DNA of 64,000 nt. It comes from Ophelia neglecta. Lineage: Eukaryota. Position 1 is the first letter of the stretch, and the number at the start of each line of letters is the position of its first letter. Below, piece by piece: positions 1-13,510 of this stretch. Location: contig OZ260667.1 in NCBI GenBank assembly GCA_965285935.1, positions 65,782,001 through 65,846,000 of the forward strand. Direction: 5' to 3'. A program made the position numbers and the translations under genes. The notes below the pieces were generated by a model. It ran no database searches. It saw only the letters and a list, made by a program, of their open reading frames with translations, and was not told the DNA's origin.

Positions 1-2687
1 AAAACTATTCGAGACCATTTGCCAAGGTAACTAAGCATGTCAGACGTTTTTGCTTATGACGCCACCAGTAAGCTTCAAACCCATGGAATCATTCTCTTCG
101 GGACGCTAATAAATGGTTTCACCGCATCATATGCAACCGAATTAGCCTCACAAACTGTTCTATGAAGCTCGAGCTACCTGTGAATGCTACAAAACCGGTG
201 GCTAGATTGGCCCAGTCAACTCTCCCAGCTGAAAAATCTATGAATGAACTGTGGTTACTTATTGATATCCACTGTAGTTCAAGGACCTAGCTGATAAAAC
301 TTAGGCAGACAACGTGGTTTTTGAAATTTGACCTTGAACTGGACACCTAAGTCAAATTTGAGAACTCGATAGGATACCCAAGATAAACAATAGGCTTCAA
401 ATGTAGATCTAGGTGTTAGTTGTTCAGTGAAAGGAAGAAATCATGAATGTAGTGAACTGACTTTGACCAATGTCGAATTAAAGAACAACATGTAGATAAA
501 TGTGCAAAATATGCTTTCCAATGCGCTTCCAATATTAGGATCTAGCTATTAAATTAAAGGCAGAAATAATTATTTTAGTGATTTGACAAATCTCAAATAC
601 CATTGAATTCGCAGCATACACTTTTCTATATCCTCAAAATGGGTCTAAATCTCACTTTATTCAATGCGTGAGAATGCTAATAAATCAAGTCATCTTTTTA
701 TTTAAGTAGTAACGGACATTAAATCAATTCGGCAGTGGCTCAAAAACAATGCAAGACAAGATTATGGCATATTATAGTTGGCCAAAAAAACTGAATAAAA
801 AATCCAAGGGTTTTTTATTGTCACAAAAGAATGGAGAAATTGGACAAAATACAACCGATTGCATGCCCAGTAAAAAATAGGTTCGCCTACTACAGATCGG
901 GACATTAGTAGTGCTAAAAATTGCTGATTTGGGGACGGCGAATATAAGTAGTGCTAGAAATTGCTGATTTGGGGAGTTGTACAGTGCTATAGGGAATCAA
1001 AGAAACGAATGCTCAAAAGGCCTTCCTGGCTAGGTCTGGTAAAGTTTTTTTGTAGTGAATGTTTGTTTTTTCTGGCAGCAGTCTCCCTGGCCTCTGACAA
1101 TTAGGGACATAATAGCACTATTGAGATTTTTCCCGTAGGAAAAGGAGTTTCTTTTTAAATTTCAGATATATGTACTGGTTCATTTGTGTCTCCTATGATT
1201 CGTTTTCTATCTTCAATGTAGAATGTGTCAACTACAAAATATTGGCATGCATAATGAAATTTTATGCTTACACACTGCACTGTGTTGATACATATTTTAG
1301 TTTCATCCTTCGTGACTCATATTTACTCCTTACCAGCTGTGAGGGAGTATGTACACCCGTATTGAGGTTAGTTTTAAGCCTCGGACCCATGCCCCGAGGG
1401 GTATATCTGTGCTTTGTACATAGAGATGTAAGTTTACTAATCTTACATACTGTGATGATAAACGAGTTTGAGCAGGTTAAAATTTGCAATTTTTGCGAAG
1501 AATTTATCAGAGTCTCATTTTTTTGAAAAAAGTGCCAATTTATCATGCCGAATATTTACAACTAAGTAATTGTGTCCTCTTTTATTAATTTAGAAGGCTA
1601 TTTTATTTTTACTTTTCGGTCAATATATTTGAAGAAAAAATTTACCTCTTAGATGGGTGTGGCGAGTATCTAGAACTAAAAAAGCTCCTTAAACATTTAG
1701 AAGTACCCCCCCCAAAAAAAAACAACAAAACAAGATGGTTTAGGGAAGGCGAACCGTGGACAGATAAGTTTACGAATAGAACAGTGAGTAAATCTGTTCA
1801 CGTGAACTTTGACTTTACGGATGAAGCAAATAGATATTGTTGTATTAGTGTTGTGGGGATGTTTATTTATTACTGCCAGTATACACACCCGTACCTGTTG
1901 TTAAGTAAGGTGTCTTATTTATTGATGGCTGTCTGCTATTATTAATTTAGCTGCTGCAAGGATGTTGTAGTACTCGCTGTATTAAGTGAGCCTAACTCTG
2001 TCCTTTGTCTGTGATAGGTATATTTAACTAATATCCAGCTAACACTGATTTGTCTGAATTCACTGCTGCCCTCTACCAAATGCCAGGGATACTTATTGGG
2101 ATAATCAAATCTTTGATACTGGGATCTAAGATAGTTGTCCTGGTATCTCATAACCTGCTCTCGAGTGTATCGGAAGAATCAGATCCAACTTTTCTATTCA
2201 CATTGTATTGTTCGCAATTTGTAGTACAACTTCAGAACTATCTGTCTAAAACCGCCAAAGTGAGGCCGAGTTGTTAGAGCGTCTGCCTCACAAGTGGAAG
2301 ATGTTTTGTCACAGGACACTTCACTCACCACGCATGAACATGTATAATATGATTGAATCAAATACAGAGTTTGTCACAAAATAATGACCTTCTCACTTTG
2401 CCATTATATTGCCACCCAACGTCCCTTGCCTTTTTTCGGTCGAGGTGAGCTCTAATCGATGGGCATAACTATTTTATGCGGTTAAACCGGTTTATATTAC
2501 TCCACGCATGTTCAGGAGAGTAACAGGCATTAGACTTTACAAAGTCACATGAGACTAGTAAACAGGAACCTTGTCCAAAAAGACATTCGATTTAAATTAA
2601 CATTGCATCGTGAATAATCAATGGGTTAATGGAAAGTCCACATTCATTAGGCACTTAATAACTTAATATGACATAAATTTGTTCCAG

Positions 2688-5600
2688 ACACCAATACTGC
2701 CACTGAAGAAGAGTTCGGAATTACAGTCTGCAATTGAACCACGTGGTAAGAGAGGTTTTATTCACATATTATATATATAGAGTAAAGGGTATTAAAATAA
2801 AATGTCAAACCTCCGACCCGCGGCAAGCACGGAGTTAAGTCCGATAGCCAGATTAAATAAAAAAGACATTCATGGGACCAAAAAAAAAATCACATATTTC
2901 AACCTAACCTGCTGGGCCTGGTTAAGATTAAGATTAGGGATTAGATTAGCCTATAACAGATTAGCTGAGACTTAGTGAATGGGTGTTTCCATTGACCAGG
3001 ATTAAATGTAAGACAAAAATAGCTTAATTCCAAAAGGTTTAATTCCAAATCCAGCTTCCAGAAACCCCGATTAGCAAGTTGACCCTAGCACTTTATCCTG
3101 ATTTATATCATATTAAGAGTTAATACCGATTCCAGAAAACCGGGCCCTGGCGTCTAATTGTTCTGAGTTGAAAGCACCAAGTAAAATAAAGAAAGATTTT
3201 CACATCCGATTCTGTATGCTTTCACATTTCGGGTATGTGGTTGTCCCAATTTGCAAATTTTATACAAACCAATACATTGCAAAATTAAAACTCCTGACTA
3301 TTGTACTTGAAACAATATGTCACAAAATTGAACCAATACATTGCAACGTTAAAACTCCTGACTATTGTATTTGAATGGTTATATATCTGAAGCCACAAAA
3401 AATAAAACATTTGCATCGTGTTATTTTTGCAAAGGTGCACATTTAAGCTCCCCTGAACATATTTAGCATTACTGTTACACTTTGCTTCTTTCTTTGGGGG
3501 GGGGGGGGGTTGGGGGTAGGCTGGTAAATCATGGCTGCAGTCCCCTACCCCAAACCAACCACAAAAGTGTGGCCGAGTGGTTAGGGTGTCCGCCTCGCAA
3601 GTAGTAGATCGGGGTTTGGATCCCGATCGCGTCAAACCCAAGACATAAAAATAGGTACTGATAGCTCCCCTGCCAGTGAATTAAGACCACCAAAGTGATT
3701 GGCAAGTATTGGTCCGATTATAGAGATGGTCTGCTTACACAGGTTATTTTACACTGATAGATTCTACTAGGCCTGTGGTCTTCATACCAGTGGACTGAAT
3801 TGGCAGGTGGTCTGAATAGGGAGGTGGTCTTTAAGGCAGGTTTCACTGTATCATCTACCAATTGACTTACAACACGGCTTGGATTTGGAATTTTTAGGGG
3901 TTAAACAAAACGCAGCCATCAGAGCTAATCTGAGCCTGGCCTAATATTTGTACATGGTGCAAATAATTAGTATATTGTCCCACTTGGGTGTTGTTTGGTC
4001 TCGGCATTTTGGCTCCCGCCGATTTTGGCACCGAATATTTCGCTCACACCATTTTGTGTCATGGCCTGTTTAGGGTCGCATCATTAGCTACCTGGGGGTG
4101 GAGGGGGGGGGCGTGAAGATTTTGCGATATATGAAGAAAGAAAATGTTTGCTGCTGCACAGTCAGTAAAACGTTTGTCTCTAGGTACAAAAAAATTTGTT
4201 CCAAGTGGGGTGGAAGCCCCTGTTTATTATTTATGGGACAATATAGTAATTACGATCTAGGCTCTTCGTATGAGATATTTTGAGAAGGGAAATATAGATG
4301 TTGTGTTAGTTGTTTGTTTTGTGAATGGCCACTAAACAGGATCATAACGCATCAATGCACGGACAAGCCCCGTAGCTACGTGAGCGGAGCCGAGGACTGG
4401 CGATACGTATTGCCTTACGCCTCACTGTGGTCGACTAAACTAGTCGATGAAGCGCTTTGAAATCAGAAGTAGTTTAAGTAGTATTTTGAGCTTTCGCGCG
4501 AACTTTCGCGTTTGCGTTTTACACAAAGCCCTCTAAAGAGGGCATTGGGCCCACTGTCACAAGTAGGCACTGTGGTGATATGACCATATAAGCAGGGACC
4601 GGCACGATTTCGATTTGAAATCGAAATCGTAATCGAAATGAAATCGTTTTTCCACAATCGAAATCGAAATCGAAATCGTCCATCTGAAATCGTCACTGAA
4701 ATCGAAATCGTATTCGAAATCGTCCATCTGAAATCGTCACATCAAACGATTTCAAACGATTTCAGGCGATTTCATTTGATAATTAAATTTAAAATTGTTC
4801 CGCCAAGACCTAATATTACTGATCAATCGAAATAGTTCATATGAAATCGCCACAGCAGACGATTCCAAACGCATTCAAGTGCGATTTCAACAGATTATCC
4901 ACTCTACTATACTAAATTCCCGTCTTATCGGCCGGTCCACCGGTGCAAATTCGACCCAATTACCTAAAAATATCTTTTATGCTAAGAAGTTTAGTTCATT
5001 TACGCCGAATACGAAGGAATCACGGGCCAAAAGGACGAACATGTTAGTATTACGCCGGCCGCCATGATGGTTTTGCCGCCGCCATTTGCCCTCACATTGT
5101 AGTGTACACTACTTGAAATGACGTCACGCTTTCATGTGTGGGGGAATTCCCTTTGACATGTGTGCTTCAGTTGGGTGACAATGGCACAATTGCAATCGCC
5201 CAGTCTCGGGTATTGTCGAGGATCTGTTGTCACTTTATTGTTGTGCAATCGAAATCGTAATCGAAATCGTTGTGGTGGAATCGAAATCGTAATTGAAATC
5301 GCCGATCTATGAAATCAAAAAGAAACGAAATCGTCCGATTCCACGATTTTCGAAATCGAAATCGCAATCGAAATCGTCACCTCGGAATCGTGCCAGTCCC
5401 TGCATATAAGTGTTGAAAGCCATGTAAAACCCCATAAAACAAAAACAACCCTATCCCCAACCCCTCCACTGAAACAACTTCTGTGAAAAAGTATCAGATA
5501 ATATGTAAAAGATATTGCTAAATTCTATCTAATTGTCTGTTTTTACAGGTATGTGTCAAGATTGCAAAGAACAAGTTATTCGGCTTATTAACGGGGAATA

Positions 5601-6154
5601 CCAACCAAATCCAGATTGCACCAGGGATGGCACTTGCACAATCGAGCACTTCTCAAAGGTTAGAATTAAGAAAAAATACTGTAACTGTACATACGTTTCC
5701 GTGGGTAAACCTGGGATTTCATGAAAAAACCTTGGGGTCTCGAAATTGAACTCAAGAATAGCATATTAAGTCCTAACTATCCTTTGGCAAATTTTTTTTT
5801 TCGCATTACAGCAGCTTCTGAAAAGCACCAATCATTTAAATTGGCATGTTCTAAACTGTCCCAAATGTCATGGCTTTATTAATACATGACCCATATCTTT
5901 TAGTGTTGAAAACAATTCACATAAGGGGACTATTTCTTAAAAATTATTACCAAATATAATAAATAATTACAGCAAGCACACCTTTGTATACTTCTATTTC
6001 AAATTCTCAGCAAATGCATTTATGTGTGCACTTTTATAATTTTTGCTTCACAAAATTATATCCAAGGAAAAAAAATTGCTTATGAAATCATTTATATGTT
6101 CAATAACCCTATTTCTTTAATATTCAGACAGAAGAAAGTGGACATATACCATAA
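2688..6154 (+). CDS. 3' end (last three coding exons: 2688-2745, 5549-5658, 6128-6154) of an unidentified gene with a Cys/His-rich C-terminus
   Basis: Canonical AG/GT sites with compatible phases (0->1, 1->0, 0->stop). Spliced translation: ...TPILPLKKSSELQSAIEPR-GMCQDCKEQVIRLINGEYQPNPDCTRDGTCTIEHFSK-TEESGHIP*. Family not recognised; 5' exons not identified. Confidence 0.6.
3567..3676 (+). mobile_element. tRNA-derived SINE 5' head (truncated)
   Basis: A-box TGGCCGAGTGG and B-box-like GGTTTGGATCCC, followed by non-tRNA body. A related, more decayed head lies at ~2260-2300. Confidence 0.65.
3677..3850. mobile_element. Tc1/mariner/pogo-type MITE (one end truncated), same family as 55434-55611
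   Basis: Ends in ...GGTGGTCTTTAAGGCAGGTTTCACTG-TA and has repeated (A)GACCAC motifs. It matches the 55.4-kb copy in reverse orientation. Confidence 0.6.
4593..5402. mobile_element. Non-autonomous hAT-like DNA transposon (MITE) inserted into a SINE 3' tail
   Basis: TIRs CAGGGACCGGCACGATT / AATCGTGCCAGTCCCTG. Perfect 8-bp TSD CATATAAG at 4585-4592 and 5403-5410. Subterminal (GAAATC)n arrays at both ends. Confidence 0.9.
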
Positions 6155-6499
6155 CCTAGACCGATCTACCTAGCCTTGTTTTTACTGGATGAGAAGTGCA
6201 TATTGGATGCATCAATGTATATTTTTTTTTGTAGACAGAAGTCAAATTATGTCTTTATGCAGGACATGGACTTTTGCCCTGCAAAAAATATTTTTTGTAT
6301 TTGGGTTATATTTATGCTGTACCTTTTTGTTCATCATTATCGCCTTGTGTATAGCTATTATACACTTATATATCTTTTGTAATGTTTATCCATATCATGA
6401 CATTCTATCAATGACCCCCATCTCACTCATTCATCTTTCTCGTTGACCGAATACATGTTTTTCACTTAATTTATTGGTCAGGGGCTCTGAAATACGTAG

Positions 6500-6870
6500 A
6501 TCTATGTAGACAATCTCTGACTAGAGAGATCTAGTCAGAGATCGTCTACATTTACTTAGACGATCTAGTCAGAGATCTAGTCAGAGATCGTCTACATTTA
6601 CTTAGACGATCTAGTCAGAGATCGTCTACATTTACTTAGACGATCTAGTCAGAGATCTAGTCAGAGATCGTCGACATTTACTTAGACGATCTAGTCAGAG
6701 ATCTAGTCAGAGATCGTCTTCATTTACTTTGACGATCTAGTCAGAGAACTAGTCAGAGATCTAGTCTAGTCAGAGATCTAGTCTAGTCAGAGATCTAGTC
6801 TAGTTAGAGATCTTGTCAGAGATCGTCTGATACATCTGATACATTTATGTAGAAGACCTCTGACTAGCAT
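6500..6870. repeat. Minisatellite of CTAGTCAGAGAT (12 bp) interleaved with CGTCTACATTTACTTAGACGAT
   Basis: Near-perfect tandem units are directly visible. Confidence 0.9.
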
Positions 6871-8335
6871 AATAGCACCAATCACTTCATTTGCTACAAT
6901 AATGCCCGCAGTCCTGCTACTGATTTAATATGAGAGGCTAAGGCCAATTCTGACAGTGCTACTGAATAATTAATGGCAAGTAATGATAGTTCTGTATCCT
7001 CTCCTAGTTGGAGGAGACTAATGAAACGTATTTTTGAGGTCACGTTCAGCCACTAGTTCGCCGCCGCTAAACAAAGATTGCACTGTAATAACTGACCCCG
7101 GGCGATGATATGAAATATGTATTTATTGAAGGCGAGCACCTATTCCTGCCAAAATATCTTCGATCTGATAGATTTATGTAATGCTCAAAATATTCTGCAT
7201 ACAGCAAGTTAATAACTTTGGGGATTAGCACATATCCGCTAAGTTGTCAGTTACTGTAAATTATTTCATCATTTAGTCAAAATGGTTCTCATCCTAGATA
7301 CATCCGCCCATTATAGTACCACAAGCTTACTAGTTTACTAACTTATCTCTGATGTGCACCAGGTATTCCTAGCGATATCTATATTATTTCGCTATCATAA
7401 ACTGTTAGGCTCATTCATGTTTTTTATTGACCAGCGCAATATAGACCTATGTGCTGTTCACTACCCTTTAGGCTAAAACCGTGTCCATGGGTGCAAATAT
7501 TGTAGTAATTAATTGTTCTTCCTAGACTATTGGCGTAATTGGATTTCATTTTTGTAATACTCAACATATTCTGTTGGAAGACCATGTAGCATGTTATTAA
7601 CTGCAAATTTTAACACATGTTTCCTGAGTTGTCGGCGATAGTGAACGACATAATCATTAAATCAAAATAATTCTCATTCTAGATATTTCTTTTTGTTACC
7701 ACACAACTATATTTGCAATTTTTGGTAATTTTATCTCTGAAGTGCATTAAACATTTAGAGCTGAAGCATTTAGTATTTTCCAGAAATGTACACTATTTTA
7801 TTGTCTTAAAACTGTGTACGACTATCAATCGTTTTACTGATATGTTTATGGTATTTCAGATATAAATGTGCTGCTCACTTTGTAAAGGCTTAACCATGCG
7901 GGTGCCAATATTTTTGCTCATAATTTTGCTCACTTCTGCTCACCTTGGATTTGGATAGTGTTTAAGCATTCTTCTATTCGTCAGATTTTATATTTGCAAT
8001 AGCTTAAAACCTGAGCAATATATGGTTACCTTGCCTGTTTAATTTATATGCAAGTGCTTCTGTGCCTGGTGCATCTCGTAGTTGTCTGGTCGGCGTATGT
8101 CATGCCCCATCTGCATTTGATGGGGTGTGGTAGGCTTTGGTCTGGTGGCGCCAATGTGTAAGAAGGCCCTATATGTAAATGTTGATCCTTGCATGTTCGC
8201 GTGCATGCATACTAGTGTGCATGCACGTGCGTGAGTATTTCGGTCCTTGAATGAATACATGGCGTCGCCCATCTAACACTTCATGACGCCCTTCATCCCA
8301 TTACCTCATCATCCATTGCATTCCGTTTGACATAT

Positions 8336-8668
8336 TATTATTATTTATTATTATTCAAGCATTTATATAGCACGCTATCTATGAACCTGCATACTCTATG
8401 GTACTTTACAATATCATGGCCAGAAAATGTGCGATTAGATATATTAAAATATCTAAATTTAAACCATAATAATTGATTAATAATGACTATATTGGCTTAT
8501 AATTGACTAATATATTGAATATTTGACTAAGAAATGGCTAATAAATGACTAGAAAAACAAATAGTATTTACAAGTATGCCATTCTAAAAAAGTGTGCTTT
8601 AAGATTTCTTTTAAAATGTCCATAGCTTTCAGAATTTTTAATTGAAAAAGGGAGCTGGTTCCATAAAA
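8336..8668 (-). mobile_element. LINE (CR1/L2/Jockey-like) 3' end fragment
   Basis: Minus-strand translation WNQLPFSIKNSESYGHFKRNLKAHFFRMAY matches the typical ORF2 C-terminus WNxLP...FKxxLK. A (TAA)n-type tail lies near 8336-8355. Confidence 0.7.
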
Positions 8669-10014
8669 CTAAATGTTCTCTATGTTGATATGTTGGAAAT
8701 TACCTTATCTTAAGCCAAAGCCTTTTGTAAGATGCAACATAGAAAAAATAACTATGTTTAAACCAAAATCAGATATATTCTCTGTGTAGCATACAAGATA
8801 TGAAAACAATTTAATCTGATGTAAATATGTTGATATGGTTGCATTAAATAAGGCAAGTGGTGCCTAACTTTATCGTTTGCTAGCTGTAGGTGATATGCAG
8901 CGTCCTTTTGTATGTAAATAAATTCCATGTATTCCTGACTTACAATGGTTGTTTTTCTCTTTAAATGAACATGTAAACAATCCAACAAGAAATAATACAC
9001 TGATGATAATGAAATATCAATAATAAGCCCCTTAAAACACATTTTGACCGGTCCGATGGGTAAAAATCATGATCTGGTGATTGTCATGGGGGTGCCCATT
9101 CACGCATCCGAACTTCGGATATACCGAACCTAATTTAATGGTCCCGTCTGGTTCGGATACGAGGGCTTGTGCTGTAGTCGGTGAAATTTTTGTGTTTCTT
9201 GTAATTACATTCTGCCCAGTTTCCCCAGTGGACACCCGTGATAATAAACACAGCTATTTTTCATGATAACAAAGAACCGTTGATGAAAACCAAAAGGTTC
9301 CATGAGGAAGTTGGCGGGCGGGGGGGGGGGGGGGTATTTGACATAACTAACCTAAATTATTACCAGGGGCAGGAGGTTGGGGATAGGTATTTAAACTTGC
9401 TTGGGGGGAGGGGGGAGGGATTCACTTCAAAGCTAAGGGGTAATAGTATGTGATGTGAATTATCTTTGCTGTTGTTTTATTGTCATGTGTGTAAGTCTGT
9501 CTTTCTGCAGAGTATCTTGAAAACTGCTGACCTTGAAAATTCTAAAAGTGTTTATCTCAGCGCTTTGGGCAATAATTTTTGTAAAAATTCAGCACAAATG
9601 CAGCCAGTAAGCAGTCTTTTGAGCAGAATACTCTGATCTAGATTTGCTGTCAAACTCACAAAGACTTGCATAAATTATAAAGTGGTCATAACATATTAAT
9701 ATGTGTAATAAGGAGGTGATCTAAAGGCCACAGGTTCAAATCAGGCCATATCCAAGACTTTTTTTCCACATTACCATATCATTCAGATTATTAAAAGGGG
9801 ATCAAGAGGTCCTGAGTTCAGCTCCTGCCACATCCAAAACAGTTCATGCCTATCTTCGCTGATCTTTGTTTGGCAGCTCCATTCATTAATATTGAGAAAC
9901 TGGCACAGTGCAAAGATATCATATATGTATATCCAAAAGGAAACGCGTTTATTTCTAAATGGTTTTTATTATGACTGGGTGGGTTGGGGAGGGTTGTAGA
10001 AAATGATGAAAACT

Positions 10015-12315
10015 GGGAGGGAAAATTATGACGAGTGTTTAAGTTGCACCAGAACATTAAACATGAATCTAAGATTCAATCTAAGATTCTTAGTTGGGAA
10101 GAAAAACAATTGCTTGGGGACCAAAAGAACAAAAATTCGTTTGATAAAATAGGCTGGGGACAAAAAGGAGCATACCAATCTTTCCCCTCCTTTATAATTA
10201 AATGGTCCACCCCTAACTATCTAATAGAACCAAAATGTTATAGGCATAATGCACTGTATAGGCAAATCTTAATTTACAGAGCGCAGCGAGGCTCTTAAAC
10301 AGTTAAAGTTACATACGTGTACATAAAGCATTTACCCATATAATGAAAGGGTACCCATACCTATCCCTGGCAATATTCGAGGAGAAATTACCCAGGAATC
10401 ACTTTGGGTTCCATACTGGTTCCGTTTACTGCGATGCCTATTACACCGCACTTGTGGCGTTTTCCCAACCACACGTTATGGCGTACGCGCAGCGCTCGTG
10501 ACCCGACGTTGTGTACATAAAGCATTTACCCATTCATTAATAAAAGAATGAAATACACTTAGCTTAATTAAAGAATATCTAGCTAAAACATCAATAAAAC
10601 ATGTCCACTTCTGCGCTCGGTTTGAGGCTTTGCCCTTTCATATTATTTATCAACATCTGAATATATTTGAATAAAAATCAAATATTTCGCCACCCAGGAT
10701 CTAATTGCTGCGCTCGATCTGAGGCACGCCCTTATTTTAACACATGTCACGCCGATTTTTCGATTTCAATAAACTTCAACTTGGAAAATGTAAACTACTT
10801 AACCACTGTCTGGTGCCAAAGAAATTCCAACTTGGAAAATGAAAACTACTTACTACCACTGTCTGATGCCAAATAAACATTTAAACAGCAAACCTCGAAG
10901 ATATCTTTTCTAAGTCAATTTAAAGCATCAGTCATTTTTTCAGTTACCTCCCATTCTCGCTTCCGATGTAAGGCTGTAAGGTGTAGCAGGAAATGTTATA
11001 CAAAGAAGGTCAAGTTTATGGTGTAGCGGGAAATGTTATACAAAGAAGGACAAGTTACGCTCATTCTACTCGGCCCGCTAATTCGCCCGTAGACTGGGTA
11101 TCAGTCAAACTTGCGTTGTACTCTATTCTTATGATTTAGGCTAATGCAAAGAAAGTTATAATGCTCAGCCAAAACATAAAGATACCACTTAATGGTACAA
11201 TTTTTTTTCTGTGATATGTTCTGTAGGGCTTCTGAGGTATAACTGATGAAAATTTGGAGGGGAAATTATGACGAGAATATGAGTTCAAGTTGCACAAGAT
11301 TATTAAATATGAATCTTAAGATTCAATTTAAGATTCTTAGTTTGAAAATAAAAACAATTGCTTGGGGACCAAAACACCAAAAATTCATTTGATAAAATAG
11401 GCTGGGGACAAAAAGGTGCATATCAAAATAGTCTGATTCCAATTTAAGCGCATAGACCTACCTTTTTATTTTATGGGTGGATGGAAGAATACAAATCTTT
11501 TTTGCAGTGCAGAGGACTTTTTTTTACAAGAGGTGGGAAGACTTTTCTTGGCAGTGAAGGCTATCTAATAGAGAAGAACTTTCCTGGAGGCTGAAGAAAA
11601 TGTCTTGCTGTTTGAGTGGATTATTTTTTTCTGTTTTATTTGGAAGGGTAATGAAACTTTTCTTTGTTTACATCTTTCCCCTCCTTTACAATTAAAGGGT
11701 CCACCCCTAACTATCTAATAAAACCAAAATGTTATAGGCATAATGCACTGTATAGGCAAATCTTTATTATATTTATCGACATCTGAATATATAATTGAAT
11801 ATAAATCAAACATTTCGTCACCCAGAAACTAACTGCTGCGCTGATCTGAGGCACTGCCTTATCATATTGTCACCTGCTGTCACGCCGAGTTTTCGATAAA
11901 TTTCAACTTGGAAAATGAAAACTACTTACTACCACTATCTTGTGCCAAATAGATATTTAAAAAGCAAAGCCCGAAGATATCTTTTCTAAGTCGATTTGAA
12001 GCATCAGTCATTTTTTCCGTTGCCTCCAATTCTCGCTTCTGATGTAAGGCTGTAAGGTGTAGCAGGAAATGTTATACAAAGAAGGTCAAGTTAATGGTGT
12101 AGCAGGAAATGTTATACAAAGAAGGACAAGTTACGCTCATTCTACTCGGCCCGCTAATTCGCCCGTAGACTGGGTATGAGTCAAACTTGCGTTGTACTCT
12201 ATTCGTATGATCTAGGCTAATGCAAAGAAAGTTATAATGCTCAGCCAAACCATAACGATACCACTTGATGGTACAATTTTATTTTCCGTGATATGTTATG
12301 TAGGGCTTCTGAGCT
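10015..12315. repeat. Local tandem duplication of ~1.1-1.2 kb (10015-11235 vs 11255-12315)
   Basis: Long, highly similar stretches, e.g. GGAGGGAAAATTATGACGAG..., GGTGTAGCAGGAAATGTTATACAAAGAAGG (twice per copy) and CTACTCGGCCCGCTAATTCGCCCGTAGACTGGGTAT. Each copy has its own indels. Confidence 0.9.
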
Positions 12316-12797
12316 ATGTATTTCCTCCACACTACTTCCTTAGTACTTAAATTTGTAACTTTTCTAAAACTTGAAATAAATTATAATCCTCTTTTTTCTG
12401 ATTAAATAATACTGCAATATAGGACAACTACTGTCTATTTCAATGTTTCTCTTTTTTACATGTATTATTTAAGTGTGTTCTTTATACTACTTGCAGATTT
12501 AAAAGATCGTAGATATCTCAAAAGCTTGTGACCTCCCACTGTAAGTAGTATTTTATTTCTTTAATATAGTGGCGCGGATAATCTGGTACTCATGATGTTC
12601 CATCATGGGTGCTAATTCACTTCACTGCCCGCACTACTCACCTCCTCGCTCCCGCGTCCCGAGACCATACTCTGCCCCGGACAGCGCCCCACCGTCCGGA
12701 TTCTGGTCATCTCTTGCCTTGCCGGTATGAAGCGGTACTCCGTATACGAAGGCAAATCACATACAAATAAATGTGCCGACACTAGCCAAAACAACCT

Positions 12798-13510
12798 GTG
12801 ATGACAGACCAACAACCAAGGAGGCGCGGTAGGCCTAGAAAGCCAAAGGACACCACCGCGGAATCCCCAGACGAATACGCTGAATTCCGGCAACGGTCTC
12901 CCGCCAATTCTCAGCTGATCCAAGATGGCCTCTCGCCCTTCAGGGCTACTAGGCCTACCCTAGTCACCGCTCCTCTGGAAGAAGAAATCGCAGCACTCCA
13001 AGCCGAACTGACGGCGCTCCCGGGGGGGGTACTTGCCCTAAACATTGGTGGGTATGCTCCACCCAAGGGCCAGATATGGGACCCAAAAAGAGCTGAACCT
13101 CTACAGTAAAACAGACCCAAATAGAGCTGAACATGTAATGAAAAGGAAGCCAACAATAGATGCTTGAAATGGGCAATTCCTAGCCTTATATTTCACAAGG
13201 AATAAGCAATTTTCAAAAGACAAAAGGATAATAATTATAACATAATGACAAAACAATTTTAAACTGAATATATATTCAGCGGCTTGCTCGAAAACAAGGG
13301 TCTAAAAGAGCGGACTTAGCTTCGAAAAGGGGGGTCTAAAGGGCGGAGCATACCCGTATGGCAGTATATAGGGAGTACCCCCCCCCGGGACGGCGCTAAA
13401 GAAGAAGAAATGCACTCCCATACCTCGGGTCTCAGCCACGACCAGCGCGCCAACTCTGCGCGACTTGAGAGACAAGCTATGTAACAAGGAAGAGGCTACA
13501 CTCTTAATAA
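12798..13510 (+). pseudogene. Coding fragment with AT-hook and coiled coil, probably the gag N-terminus of a DIRS/Ngaro-like retroelement, disrupted by a MITE
   Basis: Removing the MITE (13019-13389) and one TSD restores an open frame ...RRRGRPRKPK...LEEEIAALQAELTAL|KKKKCTPIPRVSATTSAPTLRDLRDK. The gag assignment is inference. Confidence 0.45.
13019..13389. mobile_element. MITE with CCCGGGGGGGGTACT TIRs and 8-bp TSD
   Basis: TSD ACGGCGCT at 13011-13018 and 13390-13397, with inverted termini. A second copy lies at 28493-28804. Confidence 0.9.

Noticed and set aside
1170-2277. ORF-track entries such as 1170-1526, 1268-1546 and 2050-2277 (and most other short ORFs)
   Set aside because: No recognisable motifs or splice support, and composition is typical of non-coding or repeat DNA.
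3567-3640. tRNA gene
   Set aside because: A and B boxes are present, but there is no complete cloverleaf and the sequence runs into a SINE body.
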